In this document: piece by piece, positions 38,622-50,292 of the stretch
Layout: the number at the start of each line of letters is the position of its first letter
Numbering within the stretch: the stretch's first letter is position 1
Assembly: GCA_963817895.1 (NCBI GenBank)
Contig: CAWFQB010000011.1
Coordinates: forward strand, 224,001-288,000
Source of the DNA: an uncultured Chthonomonadaceae bacterium
GTDB taxonomy: Bacteria > Armatimonadota > Chthonomonadetes > Chthonomonadales > Chthonomonadaceae
Length of the DNA: 64,000 nt
Direction: 5' to 3'
Position numbers and translations under genes: made by a program
Notes under the pieces: model-generated
Told to the model about the DNA's origin: nothing
Seen by the model: the letters and a program-made list of their open reading frames with translations, nothing else
The model's database searches: none

Positions 38622-40370
38622 ATGACAAAGTATATTTTTGTGACGGGGGGCGTGGTCAGCAGCGTGGGCAAGGGCATCACGACGGCCAGCCTGGGACGAC
38701 TGCTGCGCAACCGGGGTTTTCGGGTGACACTGCAAAAACTGGACCCGTACATCAATGTGGATGCGGGAACCATGAACCCCTATCAGCACGGCGAAGTGTT
38801 CGTCACCGAAGACGGCGCGGAAACCGATCTGGATTTGGGGCATTATGAGCGGTTTGTGGACGTGGATTTGACGCGGCGGGCCAGCGTGACGACAGGCAGC
38901 GTGTACAGCAGCGTGATTGCCAAAGAGCGACGGGGCGACTATCTGGGCGAAACCGTGCAGATGATTCCGCACGTATCGGGCGAAATCAAGGAGCGGGTTC
39001 GGGACGCGGCAAAGGGCGTGGATGGGCAGCCGGACGCTGACGTGGTAATCGCGGAAGTGGGCGGAACGGTTGGCGACATCGAGGGGCAGATTTTTCTGGA
39101 AGCCATCCGGCAATTCCGCAAGGATGTGGGACACGAAAACGTGATGTACATTCACGTTACGCTGATACCCTCCGTCGGCCCGTGGAACGAAGTGAAGACT
39201 AAGCCCACGCAGCACAGCGTCAACGAACTGCGCCGCATCGGAATTCAGCCGGATGTGCTGATTTGCCGTACCAAAGTGCCGCTGTCGCAGGAGATCAAAA
39301 ATAAAATTTCCCTGTTCTGCGACGTAGATACGGGCGCGGTGATTGAGGCGCAGGATGTGGAAACCATTTACGAGGTTCCGCTGCATTTCGAGGAGGCGGG
39401 GCTTGCCGATCTGGTTGTCCGCCGCCTGAACCTGCCCGCCAACGAGCCAAACCTGACCGAGTGGCGTGAGATTGTGGAGCGTATCAAACGGCCCAAATAC
39501 GTTGTGGATGTGGCGGTTGTCGGCAAATATGTGGAAAACGGCGACGCTTATATCTCCATCGGCGAATCCCTGCGGCACGGCGGAATTGCCAATGATACCC
39601 GCGTCAATCTGCACTGGATAGACAGCGAGGAACTAGAAGACGCCAATGTCGCGGAGCGATTGGCGGGAATAGACGCCATTCTGGTCGCGCCCGGTTTCGG
39701 AGCGCGGGGCGTGGAGGGCAAAATCGCGGCGGCAAGTCTGGCCCGCGTCAACAATATTCCGTTTTTGGGCGTATGTTACGGGATGCAGATGGCCGTAGTC
39801 GAATTCGCGCGGCATGTGGGCAGTCTGGAAGGGGCGCACTCCGAAGAGGTAGACGCCACAACGCCACACCCGCTGATACACATTCTGCCGGATCAAAAAG
39901 ACGTAGTGGACAAGGGCGCGAGTATGCGTCTTGGAACCTATAAATGCCAACTCGTAGCCGGGTCGCTGGCCGAAAAACTGTACGGCGCGTCGTCCGTCAA
40001 CGAGCGGCATCGGCATCGGTACGAGGTGAACAACGACTACCGCGAACAGCTAAACAAATTGGGACTGCGCTGTTCGGGCCTGTCGCCGGACTATCGCCTT
40101 GTGGAAATTATCGAAATTCCCGAACACCCGTTTTTCATCGCCACGCAGTTTCACCCGGAATTTCGGTCGCGTCCCAACCGCGCGCATCCCCTGTTCAGCG
40201 GCCTGATTGCCGCCGCGATGCAGAACTCGCGCCGCCTGCTCGTTCCCGCCGAAACTGCATTGAGCAGCAACGGCGTGGGCGCGAAGGAACACGCCATCGT
40301 CAACAACGGACATGACGGACGCGAAAAAAGCAAGGCCAGCCGGGGCGAAATGAAACTGGAAGAGGCGTGA
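38622..40370 (+). CDS. pyrG: CTP synthase
   Basis: [49 protein letters not shown]. Confidence 0.98.
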   Translation: MTKYIFVTGGVVSSVGKGITTASLGRLLRNRGFRVTLQKLDPYINVDAGTMNPYQHGEVFVTEDGAETDLDLGHYERFVDVDLTRRASVTTGSVYSSVIAKERRGDYLGETVQMIPHVSGEIKERVRDAAKGVDGQPDADVVIAEVGGTVGDIEGQIFLEAIRQFRKDVGHENVMYIHVTLIPSVGPWNEVKTKPTQHSVNELRRIGIQPDVLICRTKVPLSQEIKNKISLFCDVDTGAVIEAQDVETIYEVPLHFEEAGLADLVVRRLNLPANEPNLTEWREIVERIKRPKYVVDVAVVGKYVENGDAYISIGESLRHGGIANDTRVNLHWIDSEELEDANVAERLAGIDAILVAPGFGARGVEGKIAAASLARVNNIPFLGVCYGMQMAVVEFARHVGSLEGAHSEEVDATTPHPLIHILPDQKDVVDKGASMRLGTYKCQLVAGSLAEKLYGASSVNERHRHRYEVNNDYREQLNKLGLRCSGLSPDYRLVEIIEIPEHPFFIATQFHPEFRSRPNRAHPLFSGLIAAAMQNSRRLLVPAETALSSNGVGAKEHAIVNNGHDGREKSKASRGEMKLEEA

Positions 40371-40570
40371 CCTCACCCCCAACCCCTCTCCTTGCCGCGC
40401 AACGCGCCAGGAGAGGGGAGACTGTAAATCAATTGCATTTTCTGAACGTGCTTCAATAATTTCGTTGGAAGTGAGTTGACACGTTTCTTTATGTCAACAG
40501 AGCAGGAAGTAACAACAAAGCCCCTCTCCTGGCGCGTTGCGCGGCAAGGAGAGGGGTTGGGGGTGAGGTA
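40370..40570. repeat. Family B REPIN-like doublet
   Basis: Arms 40370-40420 and 40521-40570 around an AT-rich unique spacer. Confidence 0.9.
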
Positions 40571-40584
40571 AAGAAGGCAAGACT

Positions 40585-40863
40585 ATGAACCTACAACGTT
40601 TGCCGCAAGGCAGGCAGATGAATCGGCAGATGTTTACGCTGATGTGCTATGCCTATATGTTTTTGGGCGCGTGTTCCATTGTGGCGGGGGGACTGGTGTA
40701 CGCCCTGCCGCTGTTTTTGGGCAGCAAACACCCCAAACATATTGACGCGGGGTTGGGATTTATCATTGTCGTGCTGATCGGCTTCGGCACAGCGCGTATC
40801 GCTACCGCCATCGTCAACCTGCGGCGCATAAGTAAACGAAACACCCAACACCCTATTTCGTGA
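40585..40863 (+). CDS. Small membrane protein with two TM helices
   Basis: Two hydrophobic stretches; abuts the next gene. Confidence 0.6.
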   Translation: MNLQRLPQGRQMNRQMFTLMCYAYMFLGACSIVAGGLVYALPLFLGSKHPKHIDAGLGFIIVVLIGFGTARIATAIVNLRRISKRNTQHPIS

Positions 40864-40877
40864 GGAGGACAGTGCTT

Positions 40878-42293
40878 GTGTCCGAGCGTGTTTTGTCCCC
40901 GATTCGCGTGGCTCCCTCCGGGCGGTATTTTGAAACGCTGGACGGTCAGCCATTTTTATTTATCGGCTTCAATGACGCGGTTTCCTGGCCGACGCTGAAG
41001 GAGTTGTACGGGCGCAAGGATGTGGCGTCGGTAGAAGCCTATTTACAGCATCTTGCAAACAGTGGCGTCAACACGCTGCGCCTGATGCTGGAATACGCGC
41101 ACTTCGACTCGCATCTGCTGGAAAAGCCCGTCGGCACGTTCAACCCGCGCATGGTTCAATTCTGGGATGATCTGCTGGCGCGCTGCCGGGAGTATGGCCT
41201 GCGCGTTTTGCTGACGCCCTGGGACACGTTCTGGATGTCCCGCCGCTGGCACAAACACCCGTACAACGTGGAACACGGCGGGCCGGCCAATAATGCGCAG
41301 GACATTTTTCTCAGCGAGGCTACGATACAGGCCACGATTCGCCGCTTTCATTTTGTCATCGAGCGGTGGGGACAGGACGGAACCATTGCCGCGTGGGATT
41401 TATGCAACGAGATTCATCCCTACTGGGGCGGCTCGCCGCAGCATCAGGCGTCCGTGATTACGCGCATTTCGGAGGCGGTACGCGCGAAGGAACTAAGTTT
41501 GTACGGCTTTACGCGCCCGCAAACGGTATCCGTTTTCGGCCCCGACCCCGGTGACGGCTACGAAGATTTAGTCTTCCGGCATCCCCATCTGGACTTTTCC
41601 ACCACGCACATTTACAGCAAGGGCGCGATAGATTCTCCCCGCAACACGGTCACGGCAGCGGTGACAATGGCGCAATGGACGCGCTACGGACGGGAACGAA
41701 CTCTGCCCAATCGCCCGTTTACCGACAGCGAACATGGCCCTATACACCTTTTCAACGACCACAAAAAGACGCTGCCCGAAGCCTTCGACGATGAGTACGA
41801 GCGGCATCTAACGTGGACGCATCTGGCGTGTGGCGGCGCGGGGAGTGGGATGCGCTGGCCCGCCCGCCATCCGCATCAGATGACGGAGGGCATGTTGAAA
41901 TCGCTGCGCAGCATGGCGTCGTTCACGCGCCTGATCGCCTGGCGGCACTTTGCGCCCCGCGACGTTGCCGGGGATATTCGGATGCAGGCGAAAAATGTGC
42001 TTGCGTTCGGCATTTCAGACGGCTTGCAGGCAGTTGTGTACCTGCTGCGCGGCAAGCAAACTCGCAATTCACCCGGCCTGCTGAAAACCTGCGAGTCTAC
42101 CGAACCGTTCCCCGTCTCCCTCCGCAACATGACCCCCGGCCCGTATTCGATTGTTCTCTGGAACACCCGCGAAGGCTGTTCCGAAGGCCAACTCACGGCA
42201 ACGGCGGGAGAAAACGGCGTTCTGCAATGGACATTGCCGTGTCTGGGCAACGACCTTGCCCTTGCCATTCGCCCCCGCTCGATCATGGAATAA
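40878..42293 (+). CDS. Clan GH-A (GH5-like) glycoside hydrolase
   Basis: GVNTLRLMLE, AWDLCNE acid/base, TDSEHG nucleophile; GAGGAGG RBS. Confidence 0.75.
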   Translation: MSERVLSPIRVAPSGRYFETLDGQPFLFIGFNDAVSWPTLKELYGRKDVASVEAYLQHLANSGVNTLRLMLEYAHFDSHLLEKPVGTFNPRMVQFWDDLLARCREYGLRVLLTPWDTFWMSRRWHKHPYNVEHGGPANNAQDIFLSEATIQATIRRFHFVIERWGQDGTIAAWDLCNEIHPYWGGSPQHQASVITRISEAVRAKELSLYGFTRPQTVSVFGPDPGDGYEDLVFRHPHLDFSTTHIYSKGAIDSPRNTVTAAVTMAQWTRYGRERTLPNRPFTDSEHGPIHLFNDHKKTLPEAFDDEYERHLTWTHLACGGAGSGMRWPARHPHQMTEGMLKSLRSMASFTRLIAWRHFAPRDVAGDIRMQAKNVLAFGISDGLQAVVYLLRGKQTRNSPGLLKTCESTEPFPVSLRNMTPGPYSIVLWNTREGCSEGQLTATAGENGVLQWTLPCLGNDLALAIRPRSIME

Positions 42294-42324
42294 CCTGCGT
42301 TTGCAGGAGGCGTAATACTCTGTA

Positions 42325-43320
42325 TTACGCCGCTTTGCGAACCCTCCTGTAGCGGCGCAGGAAGGCGGCTCCGGTCAGGCTCATGCCTGTGAAGAAAGCC
42401 ACGCTGCCGGGTTCGGGAACGGAACCGAAACCCACATAAACACCTTGTTGCGGATCGAGATAGTCCCCGACCAGATTGCCGTAGTTGTCAATTCCCCATA
42501 CTTCCGCGTTTACGCCGAGCGGTACATTGAAATCCGTGAAGCCCCCGGCGGCGGTCCATGTAAAATTGCTCGAGACGCCGCCGACATCATAACTGCCGGC
42601 CACAACGCCCTGATTGTTGATGCCCTCAAAGAACGTGCTGTCCGCGCCGGGATGGTCTACCGTGATGTACGCGCCGGAGGAGTCGCGCACAAAGCCACTC
42701 CGCAAGCCATTCTTGCCAGTTGGACTGTAAAAACCTACCACAGTCCCCGCATCGTTGATGTCTTCGGGAATTGTGCCGGCGAAGGTAGTATCAACTCCCG
42801 GCACGTCAAAAGGTGTATACCCGCCGTCGTAAAAGTAGCCATGTGCGCCTGTGGGCTGGCCCTGCGCATCAAATCCGCCAATCCCGATGCCTACAACAAG
42901 GTTCGCGTTATTGATACCGATGGCGAAACCCGAAACTGTGCCCGCGATGTCTGGTATCGGCGTCCATGTATCGGTGGCGATGTTGTAGGTGGCGCTGTGA
43001 TAGGCAAAGTTTTGCAGATACGCGCCTGCCGCAATGTTGGCATTGTTGACCCCTGCCAAAAATCCGCCGAAGGAATTGACGGGAAGGGTAGGCGTGGTAA
43101 TGGTTCCATCCGGGCTGCGGACAAACCCAAGCACGCCACCGTTCGCTAGTTGGTAACGGCCCGTAATCACGCCCTTATCGTTTTCGCCGACAGGAATAGT
43201 AAATACGCTGCCGGGCGGCTGGATGGAGAAATAGGACGTTTGCGCCCGGGCGCGGGTGTGGAGCGGCAGGAGCGCGCTCAGAGCAAACAGGGGGCACAGG
43301 AATTTCGGAACAGATTGCAT
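42325..43320 (-). CDS. PEP-CTERM surface protein with repeated GINN/GIDN units
   Basis: Signal peptide; repeats GVNN, GINN, DIND, GIDN; C-terminal VPEPGS-hydrophobic-RRYRR. Confidence 0.88.
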   Translation of the reverse strand: MQSVPKFLCPLFALSALLPLHTRARAQTSYFSIQPPGSVFTIPVGENDKGVITGRYQLANGGVLGFVRSPDGTITTPTLPVNSFGGFLAGVNNANIAAGAYLQNFAYHSATYNIATDTWTPIPDIAGTVSGFAIGINNANLVVGIGIGGFDAQGQPTGAHGYFYDGGYTPFDVPGVDTTFAGTIPEDINDAGTVVGFYSPTGKNGLRSGFVRDSSGAYITVDHPGADSTFFEGINNQGVVAGSYDVGGVSSNFTWTAAGGFTDFNVPLGVNAEVWGIDNYGNLVGDYLDPQQGVYVGFGSVPEPGSVAFFTGMSLTGAAFLRRYRRVRKAA

Positions 43321-43626
43321 AGTGAATAGTTTTCCTTCAACACAAGATTAATTCAAGAAGTCGTCGCCCCGGAAGCGCGGCTTTACGGAGGCTGCATCGG
43401 CGCAACCCATGCCCGTGAGGGCGGCTGTCAGACGATGTTGAAGGTACTATATACCGTCATCGTGATATTTCCGTGAAATTTACAGATTATTTTTCCTTAA
43501 GATAGCTCGGCAGGGCGCAACTCTCATGTTTTCAAGTCGTTTCGGCATTATGGGGCGGCGAATGTGCGCTCAAGCGCGTATAGGAATGTAGTTTAGCGGA
43601 ACGAGGCAAAGCGGAATGAGGCAAAA

Positions 43627-44886
43627 GTGAAATTTGCATGGGTAGTTTGGAGCGCGGTGCTGGCGCTGACAATAATGAGTCACTGTCACGCGGCGGAAAG
43701 CGGGTTGCGGGGCGCGTCGGGCAAAGTGGACATCACACCGGATAAGCCCGCGTACCTTGCCGGGTATGAGATGAACCGGCTGAGTGCGGGCGTCCATGAC
43801 CGGTTGATGGCGCGGTGTCTGGTTCTGGAATCGGGTGGGGTGAAAATCGTGTTCGTGTCGTGTGACGTGATCGGATTGCCGCGCTACCAGATTGAAAAGA
43901 TACGGGCGGCTATCAAGAGCGTTAAACCCGCGCAGGTTTTCATTGCGGCCACGCATACCCACTCCGCCCCGGACACGCTCGGACAGTGGGGACGCGACCT
44001 GCAAACCAGCGGCGTTGATTCGGAGTGGATGGCGAACTTACGAACGAAAATCGCGTCATTAGTAGAGGATACCGTCGCGCAATGCAAGCCGGTCGCGCTA
44101 AAGTTCGCGACAACGACCGAAGTGCCGCGCATTTCCAAAAACTCGCGCGTCCCGCAAATACTGGATACCGAACTCGGCGTGATGCAGATGGTATCCGCTG
44201 CGGACAACAAGCCCGTCGCCACCCTCGTTAATTATGCCTGCCACCCGGAAATACTGGATACGCGGCAGATTACGGCGGACTTTCCGCACTGGCTGTACGA
44301 CACGGTTGAAAACAACGGGGGCGGCGTTTGCCTGTATTTCAACGGGGCGCAGGGCGGCATGATTACGGCGGATTTTGACGAAACCACCGCGCCCAAAGGC
44401 CAGAACTGGCAGGCGGCGGAAACCATCGGCACAAGGCTTGGCAGGCGCGTTCTGGAAATCATCGCGAACGCGGAAACCGTTCCTGACCCGGCCATTCAAA
44501 CCCAACAGCGCGTGTTTACGGTTCCGCTGGAAAATGCCCGCTTTCAGGCGCTTATCAGCCTGAACGTGTTTCCCGGCGATATGGTGAAAAACAACCTGCT
44601 GGAAACGGAAGTGAATCGCATCACGATTGGGCCGGCGGAGTTTCTCACCCTGCCCGGTGAAGTCCTGCCCAACATCGGCCTGTATCTCAAACACGCCATG
44701 CGGACGGCGGACGGCGGCAAAAATAAGCCCAAATTCCTGCTTGGCCTGTGCAGCGACGAATTGGGCTACATCCTGACGCCGGAAGACTATTTCCTGCCGC
44801 TGTACAAATACGAATCCAGCGTGTCCGTCGGCCCACAAATCGAACCGCTGATGCTACAAAACCTGCTGGCATTGCTGAAGAAATAA
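43627..44886 (+). CDS. Neutral/alkaline ceramidase-like secreted hydrolase
   Basis: VDITP, GVHDRLMAR, ATHTHSAP, NYACHPE, LTLPGE. Confidence 0.8.
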   Translation: MKFAWVVWSAVLALTIMSHCHAAESGLRGASGKVDITPDKPAYLAGYEMNRLSAGVHDRLMARCLVLESGGVKIVFVSCDVIGLPRYQIEKIRAAIKSVKPAQVFIAATHTHSAPDTLGQWGRDLQTSGVDSEWMANLRTKIASLVEDTVAQCKPVALKFATTTEVPRISKNSRVPQILDTELGVMQMVSAADNKPVATLVNYACHPEILDTRQITADFPHWLYDTVENNGGGVCLYFNGAQGGMITADFDETTAPKGQNWQAAETIGTRLGRRVLEIIANAETVPDPAIQTQQRVFTVPLENARFQALISLNVFPGDMVKNNLLETEVNRITIGPAEFLTLPGEVLPNIGLYLKHAMRTADGGKNKPKFLLGLCSDELGYILTPEDYFLPLYKYESSVSVGPQIEPLMLQNLLALLKK

Positions 44887-44904
44887 ATTGTTTATTGTTG
44901 AGGA

Positions 44905-45882
44905 ATGAGGAAGACTGTGAACTACTTTTATCGTCGTTGGTTTGGAAGCGTGACGTGTTTGGCGCTGATGAGCGTGTTGGCGGTTGGCGCGGGGGCGCAG
45001 AAAGCCTCCAGTGGAAACAGGGAGAAGACCGCAGCCGTGATGCCCACATGGTCGAAATTGCAGGATACGTATGCTTATGACGCCAAAAAGCCGCTGCATG
45101 TGAAAGAAGAGATCAAGCATAGCGATACGGCGTATGTGGTTCATGTGCAGGTGGAGGGGCCGGACGGCAAAACCGCGCCGGGCGTGTTCATGCGGCCCAA
45201 AGCCGAAGGCGTGTACCCGGTTGTTCTATTGCTGCACGGCCTGACCAGCGACAAAGAAACCATGCTCAACATTTTCGGCAAGCCGATGGTGGAGCAGGGC
45301 GTGGCGGTTCTCGCGCTGGATGCGCCGTATCATGGCGAACGCAAAGACCCGAAAGTAGACCCCTGGCAGCCGACCGTGTTTCCCGGTATCGTGCAGCAGG
45401 GCGTTCGCGAATGGCGGCGCGGCCTTGATTATCTGGCAACCCGCAAAGATGTGGACATGAAACACGTCGGCCTGCTCGGTTACAGCATGGGTTCTATGAT
45501 GGGTTCCATACTGGGCGGCGTGGACAATCGTATCGGCGCGTTTGCCCTGTGCGTGGGCGGCGACCCAATTTTGCCATCCGCCGAACAGGTTCCCGCCATG
45601 CTGCGCGAAGTGGTGTACGCGGTCAGTCCGAGCCTGTACATCGGGCATATCGCGCCCCGCCCCGTTTTGATGCTCAACGGCAAGCAGGACAAGACCATGC
45701 AGGAACCCGCTTCCAAACGGCTTTACGAGGCCGCGCATGAGCCGAAACAGCAGCTCTGGTACGACTGCGGCCATATCCTGACGCCGGACGCGGGCGTCAA
45801 AGCGGTTACGTGGGTGCTGGAAAAAGTAAAACCCGGCACAACGGTCAAACTGGACGCGAGCCATTTGCCGTCAGTCAGGTAA
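44905..45882 (+). CDS. Secreted alpha/beta hydrolase
   Basis: LLLHGL, LDAPYHGER, GYSMG, NGKQD, CGH. Confidence 0.85.
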   Translation: MRKTVNYFYRRWFGSVTCLALMSVLAVGAGAQKASSGNREKTAAVMPTWSKLQDTYAYDAKKPLHVKEEIKHSDTAYVVHVQVEGPDGKTAPGVFMRPKAEGVYPVVLLLHGLTSDKETMLNIFGKPMVEQGVAVLALDAPYHGERKDPKVDPWQPTVFPGIVQQGVREWRRGLDYLATRKDVDMKHVGLLGYSMGSMMGSILGGVDNRIGAFALCVGGDPILPSAEQVPAMLREVVYAVSPSLYIGHIAPRPVLMLNGKQDKTMQEPASKRLYEAAHEPKQQLWYDCGHILTPDAGVKAVTWVLEKVKPGTTVKLDASHLPSVR

Positions 45883-45912
45883 TTGGTGGCTGATGTTTGG
45901 TGATTGGTTATG

Positions 45913-45941
45913 AAGCCTGAACACGCATCGTGTTCAGGCTT
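45913..45941 (+). terminator. Hairpin terminator next to a family G arm (45951-45980)
   Basis: aagcctgaacacg-cat-cgtgttcaggctt followed by T residues; a related hairpin lies at 61321-61355. Confidence 0.65.
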
Positions 45942-46134
45942 TTCCTGTTTTGCGTTCATTCGCGTTCATTCGCGGCTGAATTCTGCCTGAGAATGTCACT
46001 GCGGCGAATGATTCAGGTGTATCAGTTTCGCAACCAAACTGTTTGCAAAGCGCGTAAAATCAACGCATGAAGTTACAGAACCTTAGCAATGCATGAAAAA
46101 TCCATTTATTTTTATGCAAATACGGGCAAACCTA

Positions 46135-46163
46135 TTGACATGTTCTCGCATCTGCCTTATAAT
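46135..46163 (+). promoter_or_regulatory. Perfect-consensus sigma70 promoter
   Basis: TTGACA-17 nt-TATAAT. Confidence 0.8.
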
Positions 46164-46262
46164 GCAAATGCCTGTATCTTCCTCATTCTTTTTCCCTGTT
46201 ATGAATCTTCATGCAGGAACAGGAAGGGGCATGAGACGCTTTTCGTTAAGAAGGAGCTGCCA

Positions 46263-47048
46263 ATGTGTGGAAACAACGTTCGCCGGGGTTTTACGCTGAT
46301 TGAACTGCTCGTAGTTATCGCCATCATCGCTATTCTCGCCGCCATCCTCTTTCCCGTGTTTGCCCGCGCCCGCGAGTCCGCCCGCAAAACCTCCTGCCTC
46401 AGCAATGAGAAACAGATCGGTACGGCTTCCATGATGTACATTCAGGATTTTGATGAGTGTTACAGCGACTCGCGCGTGTCCACGGACACCATTGATGGCG
46501 CGGGCTGCTCTACAATCGGAAAGACGCCGAACTACTACGGAGCCGCGCACATTACGTGCTGGGGAGTTCGACTGTATCAGCCGGGAACAGGGAATACAAC
46601 CAAACTGCTGGCAGGATACGCGTTACGCCTTCAGCCGTATGTGAAGAACGCGCAGGTGTTTCTCTGTCCCAGTGACAGCAATGTGGATCGCTGGATTACA
46701 GGCAGTGAGCGCAGTTCCTACTATCAGCGACACGCCCATGACGCTTACGCAAGCATTAATGGCGCAAATACAAAACAGGCTGTGATTCAGCGTCCCGCCC
46801 AACTCGCCTACTTCGTGGAAGAGTTCTGGCACGCGGGTACAGTGCCTTACGCCTGGGACGGCACCAACACCGGTGCGCGCGGTTCCAACGCCGTGTTTTA
46901 CGATGGACATGCCAAGTGGCTGAAAGTCAACTATGTGACGGGAACCAACAACATCGGCTCTTATGACATGAACTGGTTCTTCAATGGCGTTGGCACCGCG
47001 TTGGGCGGACACTACAAGTTTGACACTGATCCCTATGACCAACAGTGA
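46263..47048 (+). CDS. Prepilin-type N-terminal cleavage/methylation protein (DUF1559 / H-X9-DG-like)
   Basis: [57 protein letters not shown]. Confidence 0.92.
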   Translation: MCGNNVRRGFTLIELLVVIAIIAILAAILFPVFARARESARKTSCLSNEKQIGTASMMYIQDFDECYSDSRVSTDTIDGAGCSTIGKTPNYYGAAHITCWGVRLYQPGTGNTTKLLAGYALRLQPYVKNAQVFLCPSDSNVDRWITGSERSSYYQRHAHDAYASINGANTKQAVIQRPAQLAYFVEEFWHAGTVPYAWDGTNTGARGSNAVFYDGHAKWLKVNYVTGTNNIGSYDMNWFFNGVGTALGGHYKFDTDPYDQQ

Positions 47049-47067
47049 CCGGCAGGAAGGATAGACA

Positions 47068-47286
47068 ATGCGCCAAAACAAACCCGTGACGATTGGGCTG
47101 TCCGTAGCCGCCATTGTGCTGGCGATGGGAGTAATCTGGTACACCTATTCCAGTACGCACTATGGCCCGCCGCCGCCAATATCATCCGGCATGGCACTGG
47201 GTTCCGGCAAAACTATGGTTCCCGCCGGAATGAACAAGAACGCGAACCAGAGTACCGCGCCCGGAGCAACCCTGCCGCATCCCTGA
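47068..47286 (+). CDS. Small single-TM partner protein
   Basis: GAAGGA RBS, N-terminal hydrophobic helix, Pro-rich tail. Confidence 0.65.
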   Translation: MRQNKPVTIGLSVAAIVLAMGVIWYTYSSTHYGPPPPISSGMALGSGKTMVPAGMNKNANQSTAPGATLPHP

Positions 47287-47314
47287 CGCTTACAGGGCTG
47301 CATCAAAACGGATA

Positions 47315-47343
47315 CAGGGCGCAAACCATGAAGGTTTGCGCCC
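47315..47343. terminator. Hairpin between convergent genes
   Basis: agggcgcaaacc-atgaa-ggtttgcgccct. Confidence 0.6.
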
Positions 47344-47391
47344 TTGTTCATGTATGGCTTTAAAGGTTTTGAGAGCCTGCCCTGTCGAAAC

Positions 47392-48880
47392 TTATCTTCT
47401 GGAAAAGCGGGGCGCAGTTTCCACGCCGGAAATATCAATCGCGCGGCGAAGAGATGCGCCGGCAGTATTCGTCGGGCGAACGCTCACGTCTTCCGCGCCA
47501 GACGTTTCACGATGCGAAAGGGGCGCGTCCGCTTTGTCTGAAGGGTGGCGATGCAGCCGCACTTTGGTAATGCGCCTGCCGTCCGTGTCCTCGACCGCAA
47601 ACTCGATGTCTTCCCACCGGGCGCGTTCGCCCTTTGCCGCCGCGTGACCGATCAGGCCGAACACAAAGCCGCCAATCGTGTCCGCGTCCTCTTCGGGCAA
47701 GTCAAGCCCCATGCGCTCGTTGACATCGCCAAGACTCATCTTGCCGTCTATAATCGAAGTGGCGCTGTCCAGCACCTGAACCTGCGGCTCCTCCTGATCG
47801 TACTCGTCCTGAATGTCGCCTACAATCTCTTCCAGCACGTCCTCAATCGTCACCAGTCCCGATGTAACGCCATACTCATCGCGCACAATGGCAAGCGGCT
47901 GCTTGCTGCGCTTGAACTCGGCAAGGAGCATGTTGACCTTTTTGGTTTCGGGAATGAAGTACGGCGCGCGCATTACGCCGCGAATGGGAACCGTATCGCG
48001 CGAAATATTGCCGGGCAGTTGCAGCAGGTCTTTGGCGTGAATCACGCCCACGATATTGTCCAGATCGTCCTCATAGATAGGGATACGCGAGTGTCCCGAT
48101 TGCGCCACAAGCGTTATCAGGTCGGGCATATCGCCATTCACCTCGAAAGTGGTCAGGTCAATGCGGGGTGTCATAATCTTGCGGGCAACCGTTTCTCCGA
48201 AGTCCAGAATGCCCGAAATCATGTCCTTTTCCGCGTTATTGACAACGCCCTGTTCCACGCCCTGCTCGACTAAAATTTCCAATTCTTCCTTGTTGACCGA
48301 AGGGATGGTGAAATGGACGGTTCCGCCGAAGGGCCGCACGACAAGCGCGGACAAAAAGGTGAGCAGCGTGACAAAGGGCGTGAGAAACGCCTGTAGCAAC
48401 TGTATGGGACGGGCGGCCAGCAGCGCGAACGGTTCCGGGTTGCGCACAACCACGCTTTTCGGGGCCACTTCGCCAATCACAAGCGCGAGAATGGCAACCG
48501 GAATGGCGACAACAAACAGGGCAATGGTATGCGCGCGGGCGGCGACAAAGCCCTGCGTATGCTCCATGAGCCAGTTGGCGAGGGGCGTTGTCGCGGTTGT
48601 GGCGGCAAGGGCGGAAGACAGCGTGGCGATAAACGTGACGCCGGTTTGAATCGTCGCCATCAGGCGCGTGGGATGCGCCAGCAGCGATTTCAATCAGCAT
48701 GGCGCTGCGATTGCCCTCCTCCACCAGTTGCCGGATGCGGGTACGGCGCACCGTAATCAGCGCGTACTCGGCAATGGAGAACAGGGCATTGATACAAATC
48801 AGCACAAACACAATCAGCAGTTTGACAGGCTCGAACGGTTCGAAACTGTAAGATTGTATCGCGTTACTATGAGGTTCCAA
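47392..48880 (-). CDS. HlyC/CorC hemolysin-family CBS-domain protein (frameshift near 48690)
   Basis: INALFSIAEYAL, IGEVAPK, IMTPR, HSRIPIY, DEYGVTSGLVTIEDVLEEIVG. Confidence 0.9.
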
Positions 48881-49735
48881 GAAAAATAACTCCCTCGACG
48901 GGCTGTGAGTTGCTGCGTTGGGCCATAAATTCAGGATAGGGCGGATAAGGCCGTTTGTCCTGAAACGTTGGCGCCCACGATGTCAATTGCGACCGGAACT
49001 GCGCTGTAAAACGCCTGCGCGCGTACGGCATAATTTTGAACACCATGGACGTGAGCAGAATGGCGAGTACCGCTCCCAGAACCACTTCCCGCAGGGAGTG
49101 GATGCCCGCCTCAACCCGGCTTTGCGCGACGAGTAATGCCAGCAAAATCGCCAGAAAGCCGATTGCTGTGTTGCGCACCGAGAAAAAAATGGTCATTGCC
49201 AGCAGAAATCCGATGGCGCTATGACCGCTGATAATGCCCCCCTTCCACGGGGAGCCGGTATTGCTGACCAACTTGGAAATAATCACGATCAGGGTCAGCA
49301 GCACAATGCCTAAAACAACTACGCCCGCGATGTTGGGCGCGGCGTTCGGGTCTGCAATCCGGTGTCTGATTTCGATCAATCGATCCTGTCCGAAGAAGAT
49401 CAGGACGCCCGCGATAACCGCGTTTGCGGCCGCCAGCAGCACCGCGCCCGCCGCGACATCCTTCGCCAGCTTGGCGGCAGGATTATAGTTCTGGGTAATC
49501 ATGTCCACGACGGCCTCAATAGCCGTATTGAACATTTCCGCCACAATGACCAGCGTGACCGCGAACACCAGCACCAGCATGTCGCGCGGGTCCAGATTGA
49601 GCAGCAGCCCCGCCAGCAGCACGGCTACCAGAGTAAAAAAATGGAAGCGCATGTGCAGCTGCGTGCGAAAGCAGTGCAGCACGCCTTCCTGCGCATACTT
49701 GAACCCCGACAGCGCGTGTTTGCGTGGTGGCGCAT
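48867..49735 (-). CDS. dgkA: Diacylglycerol/undecaprenol kinase fused to a PAP2-like domain (frameshift near start)
   Basis: FKYAQEG, AEMFNTAIEAVVD, AKDVAAGAV; C-terminal SGHSA and SRVEAGIHS. Confidence 0.85.
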
Positions 49736-49744
49736 GTTTCCTCC

Positions 49745-50198
49745 TTACATCAATGCGACGCCCAAAGTTTCACGTTCCCTCGTCCGCATCCGTTCCGCCC
49801 CCGCTTCGGTTTCGTCTTCATAGCCCAGCAGGTGCAGGACGCCATGAACGGCGAGAAGCGCCAGTTCCTGTTCCAGCGTTATGCCATGCGTTTGCGCCTG
49901 CCGGAGGGCGGTGTCCACGGAAATCACGACATCGCCCAGCATCAGCGCCATTCCCGGAACGACGGGCGGAACGGGCGCGTCCCCGGCCTGTTCCGTCAGG
50001 GCAAAAGAGAGAACATCGGTCGGTTTGTCCATGCCCCTGATAATCGCGGTTCATGGCGTGAACTGTGGCGTCATCGGTCAGTACCACGCTTACTTCCGCG
50101 CGGGCGTGGCCTTCCGCTCGCAGCAGGCGGGCCACTGCCCTGCGCAGCGGGGCTGTTTTCAGCGGGTGAGACTGTTGGTTCTGCAAGAGCAAGGCCAT
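49745..50198 (-). CDS. ybeY: rRNA maturation RNase YbeY (frameshifted)
   Basis: MNRDY, DKPTDVLSF, LGDVVIS, HGVLHLLGYED. Confidence 0.9.
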
Positions 50199-50292
50199 AG
50201 CGCATCTCCGACAGACAGCGGTTCAAAATCCGTTTGGGTGGTTGTGTCGCCTGCCGCCATCCATATTCACGCCGACGCGCGAATCAGGCGAA

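Noticed and set aside
43358..43437. c-di-GMP-I or c-di-GMP-II riboswitch
   Set aside because: Short similar words (GACAGCC, CGTAAAGC, GCAACC) occur in the wrong order or spacing
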